A stretch of 10,011 nucleotides of DNA from Dehalococcoidia bacterium. Lineage in GTDB: Bacteria; Chloroflexota; Dehalococcoidia; DSTF01; JACRBR01. Shown in pieces: positions 5,825-10,011 of this stretch. The stretch is taken from positions 1 through 10,011 of the forward strand of contig JBBQVO010000120.1 in NCBI GenBank assembly GCA_038211505.1. The letters run 5' to 3'. Made by a program: the position numbers and the translations under genes. The notes below the pieces were generated by a model, which was not told where the DNA came from, searched no databases, and was given only the letters and a program-made list of their open reading frames with translations. Each line of letters opens with the position of its first letter. The stretch's first letter is position 1.

Positions 5825-7873
5825 ATGGCTCCGCTCGCAATCCTGATCATCGTGCTTGTCGTGCTGGTCGTGTTTCTGTTTCTCGTGTTCTTCAGCGGCA
5901 TGCTGGTGAACGTCGGCGGCCAGCAGATCGGCGTTATCGAGCGCCGATTCTGGGGTAAGTCGCTGCCGGAGTCGCGCGTCGTCGCCATGCGCGGCGAGAT
6001 CGGCATCCAGGCGCGCGTGTTACAGCCGGGTCTCGCGATTTTGCCGCCGTTCATCTACAAGGTCTCCAAGGACGACATGCTCGTCATCGCCGAAGATGAA
6101 GTCGGGCTGCTGGAGTGCATCGACGGCCGGCCCCTCGAGCCGGGCCACATCTTCGGACGGCACGTCGAGGGCCACGATTCGTTTCAGGACGGCGAAGGCT
6201 TCCTGCGCAACGGGGGCCAGAAGGGGCCGCAGGTCGATATCCTCGCGCCCGGCAAGTATCGCATCAACACGTATCTCTTCCGCGTGCGGACGGAGCCAGC
6301 GCTCATCGTGACGCAGGGACAGGTTGGCGTCGTCAGCTCGCGCGACGGCGATCCGATGGCGTCCGGGCGTCTGCTGGCTCAGAAGGTCGACGGCCACCTG
6401 GGGTTCCAGAACGGCGAGGCGTTCTTCCAGGCGGGCGGCCAGCGCGGACCGCAGATCGAGGTGATCTTCCCCGGCCGCTACCGGATCAACATGGATCTCT
6501 TCAACGTCGAGGTGCAGCCGGCGACGATCGTGCAGGCGAACCAGGTCGGTCTCGTGACGGCCAAGGACGGCTCTCCCCTGCCCGGCGGCGAGCTCGTCGC
6601 CGCGACGGTGCCGAATCACAACGACTTTCAGGACGCGTCGGCGTTTCTCTCGAACGGCGGACAGCGCGGGCCGCAGTACGATCTGCTGAAGCCGGGCACG
6701 TACTACATCAACCCGCTGATGTTCGATGTGAAGCTCGATAACGTCGCCGTCGTCCAGCGCGGCGAGGTGGCGGTGCTGGTGTCGAACGTCGGCAAGGAGC
6801 CGGAGGACATTCCGATGTCGGAGCGGCTTGCCGGCAAGGAACGTTATGTCGTGCCAGCCGGCTTCCGTGGCATCCAGGCCGAGGTCGCCGGTCCCGGCGT
6901 CTATTATCTGAACCGCTGGGCGTACATCGCCTACATCATCCCGACCACCAACCTGACGATCGACTGGGCCGAGGAGAGCGGCACCGCGCCTGATGACGAC
7001 GGCGCCGGCGGCAACACGAACGCCAGCGGCGGCATCCGGCGCGCCCAGCTCTTCAACCCGCTGGCCGTCATCAGCCGCGAAGGCTTCGAGATGCGGGTCG
7101 GCGTCAAAGTCGTCATCCGTGTGCGGCCGGAGCAGGCGCCGCTGATGGTGGCGAAGATCGGCTCGATCGAGAACCTCATCGACCATGTCGTGCACCCGAT
7201 GATCGACTCGTCGTTCCGCAACCAGGCGTCGTCGTCGGAAGCGATGAACTTCATGCAGGATCGCGCCGATGAGCAGGCGAAAGCGGAAGCGCGTACGCGC
7301 GAGGAACTCGAGAAGTACCACGTCGAATGCGTCTCGGTGTTAATCTCGCAGATCATCCTGCCGCAGGAACTGATGGAGATTCACACGCGGCGCGTCATCG
7401 CCGCGCAGCAGCAGGACATGTTCGTCGAGCAGCAGAAGTCGGAAGAGAAGCGCATCGACACGGAGAACACGCGCGCCAAAGCCGACAAGCAGCCGGAGCT
7501 CGTGGCGGCGCAGATCTCGGTGCAGGTAGCCGAGCAGACAAAACAGCGCACGATCCTCGAAGCCGAGGGCCGCGCGCGTGGCATCGAAGTCGAAGGCGAG
7601 GCCGAGGGCACACGGATTCTCGCCATCGGCACCGCCACGGCGGAGGCGTACGAGAAGCAGGTCGCAGCCGTCGGCCAGGCGAATCTCGCCGGCATCGAGG
7701 TAACGAAGTCGATCGCTGGTGCCGGGCTGAAGATCACGCCCGAGATCAACATCGCCGGCGGCGACAACGGTGGCGGCAATATTTTCTCGGCGTTCATTGC
7801 CCAGTTGATGTCGCAGAACCGCAACGGCGGCGCCGGCACGAACGGCAGCGCCGGGACGCCGCCGCAGACGTAG
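5825..7873 (+). CDS. SPFH (band-7)/flotillin-family membrane protein, 683 aa, with an expanded internal repeat region
   Basis: N-terminal hydrophobic hairpin (LAILIIVLVVLVVFLFLVFF). SPFH start motifs 'VNVGGQQIGVIERRFWGK' and 'LQPGLAILPPFIYKV' match stomatin's 'VDEYERAVIFRLGR' and 'GPGLFFIIPIFEKAV'. SPFH C-terminal half 'REELEKYHVECVSVLISQIILPQELMEIHTRRVIAAQQ'. Flotillin-like Glu/Ala-rich tail 'EAEGRARGIEVEGEAEGTRILAIGTATAEAYEKQ', ending IAGGDNGGGN. Start chosen at the ATG at 5825 (SD AAAGGAGAG), not the GTG at 5798. TAG at 7871-7873. Confidence 0.75.
   Translation: MAPLAILIIVLVVLVVFLFLVFFSGMLVNVGGQQIGVIERRFWGKSLPESRVVAMRGEIGIQARVLQPGLAILPPFIYKVSKDDMLVIAEDEVGLLECIDGRPLEPGHIFGRHVEGHDSFQDGEGFLRNGGQKGPQVDILAPGKYRINTYLFRVRTEPALIVTQGQVGVVSSRDGDPMASGRLLAQKVDGHLGFQNGEAFFQAGGQRGPQIEVIFPGRYRINMDLFNVEVQPATIVQANQVGLVTAKDGSPLPGGELVAATVPNHNDFQDASAFLSNGGQRGPQYDLLKPGTYYINPLMFDVKLDNVAVVQRGEVAVLVSNVGKEPEDIPMSERLAGKERYVVPAGFRGIQAEVAGPGVYYLNRWAYIAYIIPTTNLTIDWAEESGTAPDDDGAGGNTNASGGIRRAQLFNPLAVISREGFEMRVGVKVVIRVRPEQAPLMVAKIGSIENLIDHVVHPMIDSSFRNQASSSEAMNFMQDRADEQAKAEARTREELEKYHVECVSVLISQIILPQELMEIHTRRVIAAQQQDMFVEQQKSEEKRIDTENTRAKADKQPELVAAQISVQVAEQTKQRTILEAEGRARGIEVEGEAEGTRILAIGTATAEAYEKQVAAVGQANLAGIEVTKSIAGAGLKITPEINIAGGDNGGGNIFSAFIAQLMSQNRNGGAGTNGSAGTPPQT
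6182..6847 (+). repeat. Intragenic tandem repeats: three clear ~74-aa (222-nt) protein-level repeats (R1 6182-6403, R2 6404-6625, R3 6626-6847) inside the flotillin-like gene. Degenerate copies flank them (R0 ~5993-6181, R4 ~6848-6967).
   Basis: Aligned units: FQDGEGFLRNGGQKGPQVDILAPGKYRINTYLFRVRTEPALIVTQGQVGVVSSRDGDP / FQNGEAFFQAGGQRGPQIEVIFPGRYRINMDLFNVEVQPATIVQANQVGLVTAKDGSP / FQDASAFLSNGGQRGPQYDLLKPGTYYINPLMFDVKLDNVAVVQRGEVAVLVSNVGKEP. DNA-level identity is only moderate, so this is an old duplication. Confidence 0.7.
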
Positions 7874-7938
7874 GATCGTCGAGGGACTGCTGCGGAGCTG
7901 ACATCGTGTTGAGAGAGAGCGTGCGCGCACGACGATCG

Positions 7939-8029
7939 CTCACCCCGGCCTTCGGCCACCCCTCTCCCTCAAGGGGAGAGGGGATCGTTTCGGCGATTTG
8001 AAGCTGAGACCGGGAGACTTTCAAGACAA
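7939..8029 (+). repeat. Intergenic structured repeat element, copy A (~90 nt), between the flotillin stop and the SGL start
   Basis: 'ctcaccccggccttcggccacccctctccc-tcaag-gggagaggggatcgtttcggcga' followed by '...gaagctg...agactttcaagacaa'. It shares ~80% identity over ~90 nt with 9615-9705, including a 29-nt exact block and a 22-nt exact block. Confidence 0.7.
7947..7996 (+). terminator. Candidate intrinsic-terminator-like hairpin pair: GGCC-UUC-GGCC mini-hairpin (7947-7957) plus a 10-bp stem with 5-nt loop (7959-7983), followed by AUCGUUUCGGCGA
   Basis: Perfect 10-bp GC-rich stem cccctctccc/gggagagggg with loop tcaag, 66 nt after the flotillin stop. The U-tract is weak (UUU), as is common for high-GC terminators. 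Confidence 0.35.
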
Positions 8030-8071
8030 TGGTGCCATGGGCGCGCGACGGCAGTTGAGGCGGAGGACACC

Positions 8072-8914
8072 GTGGGTGAGACGACGATCGTGCTTGACGC
8101 GCTCGTGTTTCCGGAGTGCCCGCGATGGCACGATGGGAAGCTCTGGTTCTCGGACGTGCATGCGCACCAGGTTCGGACGCTGGCGCCGGATGGTACGTCG
8201 GCGGTTGAGGTCGACGCGCCGTTGCAGCCCGCGGGGCTCGGATGGCGGCCGGACGGGACGCTGCTGGTCGTGAAGATGGCGGAGCGGCGATTGATGCGGC
8301 TCGCGGGCGGCGAGCTCATCGAAGTCGCCGATCTCAACGCGATGGAGGATGTGTCGCTCAACGACATGGTCGTCGATGCGTCGGGCCGCGCATACGTCGG
8401 CGCGTTCGGGTTCGACATCAACATCGGGCAGCCGTTGAAGCCTGCCAGCATCTTTCTCGTACAACCTGACGGCACGGCGAGCGTCGCGGCGAACGACCTG
8501 CTCTTTCCGAACGGCATAGTGATCACGCCCGACGGCCGCACGCTGATCGTCGCCGAGACGGCCGGTCGCCGGCTGACCGCGTTCGATGTCGCGACCGACG
8601 GATCGCTGAGCGGCCGACGCGTGTGGGCGGCGCTCGATGTGTTTCCTGACGGCATCTGTCTGGACGAGGAGGGCGCGGTGTGGGTCGCGTCGCCGGTCAC
8701 GGGTGAGTGCGTCCGCGTACGCGAGGGCGGCGAGGTGTTGGAGCGCGTGAAGGTTGCGGCGCGCGGCGCGTACGCCTGCATGCTCGGTGGCGAGGATCGC
8801 CGGACGCTGTACATGTGCACGGCGACGACGACGGGGCCGGAGCTTGCGAAGGGCATCTCGGTCGGGTGGATCGAGTCGGTGCATGTCGAGGGTGCGGGCG
8901 TTGGCTTGCCGTAG
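8072..8914 (+). CDS. SMP-30/gluconolactonase/LRE-like (SGL) beta-propeller protein. GTG start with GGAGG RBS.
   Basis: Translation carries SGL-family blade motifs: 'PECPRWHDGKLWFSD', 'NDMVVDASGRAYVG', 'LLFPNGIVITPDGRTLIVAETAGRRLTAFDV', 'PDGICLDEEGAVWVA'. The GTG at 8072 is preceded by GGAGG (8062-8066) at 5-nt spacing. TAG at 8912-8914. Overlapping minus-strand ORFs 7969..9084 and 8021..9094 are rejected as antisense artefacts. Confidence 0.8.
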   Translation: MGETTIVLDALVFPECPRWHDGKLWFSDVHAHQVRTLAPDGTSAVEVDAPLQPAGLGWRPDGTLLVVKMAERRLMRLAGGELIEVADLNAMEDVSLNDMVVDASGRAYVGAFGFDINIGQPLKPASIFLVQPDGTASVAANDLLFPNGIVITPDGRTLIVAETAGRRLTAFDVATDGSLSGRRVWAALDVFPDGICLDEEGAVWVASPVTGECVRVREGGEVLERVKVAARGAYACMLGGEDRRTLYMCTATTTGPELAKGISVGWIESVHVEGAGVGLP

Positions 8915-9051
8915 GCGGCGCGATGATGTCCATTCGTCGTGATGCGTCCGCGGCCCATCGCGCATGACGCCTCCGACAATGAGCGCTTCGTCGCCGCGCG
9001 GTAGTGCGAATGTACCTTGGCGATTCCTCGCCCGTCGCCGACTATGGTGGC

Positions 9052-9501
9052 ATGATTCAAGCTCACGCCGCGCTTCCGACTCATCGCCGATCATTGTGGG
9101 GCGCGCTCCTGCTGGAGATCGCGCCCGTGTTGGCGCCGGTCCTCGCGATCTCCGCGCTCGTCGGCCTGCTCTTGCTCGATCCGCCGTTGGTGGTCGCGCA
9201 GGTGCTCGTGACGCCGTTGTTCTTCGCGTGCTTCCTGTTCTTCCTGTCGGGGATGGGCTGGCTGTACGCCGGGGAACAGCGGATCGGGATCGCGTTGATG
9301 ATCGGACGCGGAGTCGCGGCGATGGCGCTCGCTTCGTTTTCGTTTCGCGCGCTGGGCGAAATCGACTGCGGTCGGAGTTGCGCGGGGCCGACCGATGTCG
9401 CGATTATCCCGCTGCTCTTCGTCGCCGTCGGCGTGCCGATCGTGTCGACGATCATGCTGGGCGTCGCGATGGTCGCCCAACGCTGGCGAGTAGACGGCTG
9501 A
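9052..9501 (+). CDS. Small hypothetical integral membrane protein (~4 TM helices). Start is uncertain: ATG 9052, ATG 9010 or GTG 9004.
   Basis: Four hydrophobic segments (LWGALLLEIAPVLAPVLAISALVGLLLL; VLVTPLFFACFLFFLSGMGWLY; IGIALMIGRGVAAMALASF; VAIIPLLFVAVGVPIVSTIMLGVAMV). High GC3 codon usage consistent with coding. No family recognised. The antisense ORF 9091..9636 is charged low-complexity and rejected. Confidence 0.5.
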   Translation: MIQAHAALPTHRRSLWGALLLEIAPVLAPVLAISALVGLLLLDPPLVVAQVLVTPLFFACFLFFLSGMGWLYAGEQRIGIALMIGRGVAAMALASFSFRALGEIDCGRSCAGPTDVAIIPLLFVAVGVPIVSTIMLGVAMVAQRWRVDG

Positions 9502-9614
9502 ACGATGATTGCGCAACGTGAGCGTGCGCGCCTCCAAGGAGTGGCTCGGAAAACGCACGCAGTTGGGCTTAGGCCCGACGCGTACGAGGATGAACGTCTC
9601 GTGGCAGCCGCCCA

Positions 9615-9705
9615 CCTCACCCCGGCCTTCGGCCACCCCTCTCCACGTTGTGGAGAGGGGATCGTTTCGGCGAGGGGAAGCTGGCGCGAAGAGACATTCA
9701 AGGCA
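9615..9705 (+). repeat. Intergenic structured repeat element, copy B (~90 nt), in the convergent gap between the membrane-protein gene and the right-edge minus-strand gene
   Basis: 'ctcaccccggccttcggccacccctctcca-cgttg-tggagaggggatcgtttcggcga' followed by '...gaagctg...agacattcaaggcaa'. Same orientation and same two-hairpin core as copy A. Confidence 0.7.
9623..9672 (+). terminator. Candidate (possibly bidirectional) terminator-like hairpin pair: GGCC-UUC-GGCC (9623-9633) plus a 10-bp stem with 5-nt loop (9635-9659), followed by AUCGUUUCGGCGA
   Basis: Stem cccctctcca/tggagagggg with loop cgttg. Located 114-171 nt downstream of the plus-strand stop at 9501 and 55-104 nt downstream of the minus-strand stop at 9727. 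Confidence 0.35.
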
Positions 9706-9726
9706 ACGCCGGGGAGAGTCGAAGGT

Positions 9727-10011
9727 TCAGCCGACGCCGGCGCGTTGCGGCTCGGGCGCTGGGGCGGTGGCGCGTTCGGGCTCGTCGGCCATCTGGTTGC
9801 GTTCGTAGTAGAGGCGAATCAGGGCGTCGGCGAGCTTCTTTGAATCGTGGCGGTAGCGGTTCTCTTCGGCGATGACGTCGGCCTTGACGACGCGCGCGCC
9901 GTCGAGGTTCATCTCGTCGATGCGCACCGGTTCCGAATGCCACTCTTCCGGCAGCGTCGCCTCGGTGTTGCTGTTGGCGAGGACGAAGTCGAACGGCGCG
10001 TCGCCCTTCAG
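9727..10011 (-). CDS. Partial CDS, 3' end only: C-terminal ~94 aa of an unidentified protein whose frame runs off the window edge
   Basis: Open minus-strand frame from the window end to TGA at 9727-9729 (...LKGDAPFDFVLANSNTEATLPEEWHSEPVRIDEMNLDGARVVKADVIAEENRYRHDSKKLADALIRLYYERNQMADEPERATAPAPEPQRAGVG*). GC3-rich codons. Convergent with the plus-strand genes. No family assigned. Confidence 0.5.
   Translation of the reverse strand: MKGDAPFDFVLANSNTEATLPEEWHSEPVRIDEMNLDGARVVKADVIAEENRYRHDSKKLADALIRLYYERNQMADEPERATAPAPEPQRAGVG

Noticed and set aside
6020-7321. 433-aa minus-strand ORF inside the flotillin gene
   Set aside because: The plus-strand frame has a clear SPFH/flotillin domain structure and a proper RBS. 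The minus-strand translation is an Arg/Asp/His-rich low-complexity artefact.
7794-8024. Small ORFs on both strands encoding '...ETIPSPLEGEGWPKAGV...' / '...LTPAFGHPSPSRGEGIVSA...', duplicated at 9081-9701 / 9505-9843
   Set aside because: The duplicated peptide similarity comes from both copies of the non-coding hairpin repeat being read through by spurious frames. The stem covaries (C-G to A-U) and the loop is unconserved, which fits RNA or DNA structure rather than protein coding.
8915-9051. Imperfect dyad 'atgcgtccgcggcccatcgcgcat' in the gap between SGL and the small membrane protein as a terminator or operator
   Set aside because: The stem is only ~5 bp with an irregular interior and no U-tract. 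It is not distinguishable from chance in GC-rich sequence.
7969-9094. Two long minus-strand ORFs (371 and 357 aa) covering the SGL gene region
   Set aside because: The plus-strand SGL protein has recognisable SMP-30/gluconolactonase blade motifs and a GGAGG-GTG start. The minus-strand ORFs are Ser/Arg/Thr/Pro-rich with no domain features, and they read through the intergenic repeat.
1-10011. Search for tRNA/rRNA genes, CRISPR arrays, IS elements or integrase/transposase genes
   Set aside because: I found no T-loop-like GGTTCGAATCC motifs, no regularly spaced direct repeats, and no terminal inverted repeats or transposase-like ORFs. Only the two-copy intergenic hairpin element is repetitive.

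Overview
This is a high-GC (~65-70%) bacterial chromosomal segment with strong GC3 bias, so long spurious antisense ORFs are everywhere. A short window of about 50-58% GC around 4500-4860 is the only compositional outlier. I can support ten protein-coding genes.

Minus strand, 5662 down to 28: a tightly packed cluster that looks like one operon. It runs from a HAD-superfamily phosphatase, through two tandem, divergent paralogs of a small uncharacterised family I recognise as DUF488-like (TIGHS...VDVR.P.S...LxCSE...CHR motifs), which overlap by 61 nt, into a 221-aa beta-rich protein of unknown function starting 1 nt after the second DUF488 stop. A 24-nt gap then leads to an ArnT/PMT-like GT-C membrane glycosyltransferase, whose stop overlaps the argininosuccinate lyase (argH) start as ATGA.

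Plus strand: an SPFH/flotillin-family membrane protein (683 aa) whose middle carries 3 clear plus 2 degenerate tandem ~74-aa repeats. These repeats look like reiterated N-lobe beta-elements of the SPFH domain. Downstream are an SMP-30/gluconolactonase/LRE-like beta-propeller protein and a small 4-TM membrane protein. A convergent partial CDS sits at the right edge.

Two copies of a ~90-nt intergenic element lie downstream of the flotillin gene and the small membrane protein gene. Each has a GGCC-UUC-GGCC mini-hairpin and a 10-bp CCCCUCUCCN/NGGAGAGGGG stem-loop, with a compensatory C-G to A-U change at the closing pair and unrelated loops. This points to a structured terminator-like repeat family or small RNA.

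The main candidates for something undescribed are the DUF488 x2 + unknown + HAD module and the repeat-expanded flotillin. I see no tRNA, rRNA, CRISPR or obvious mobile element.
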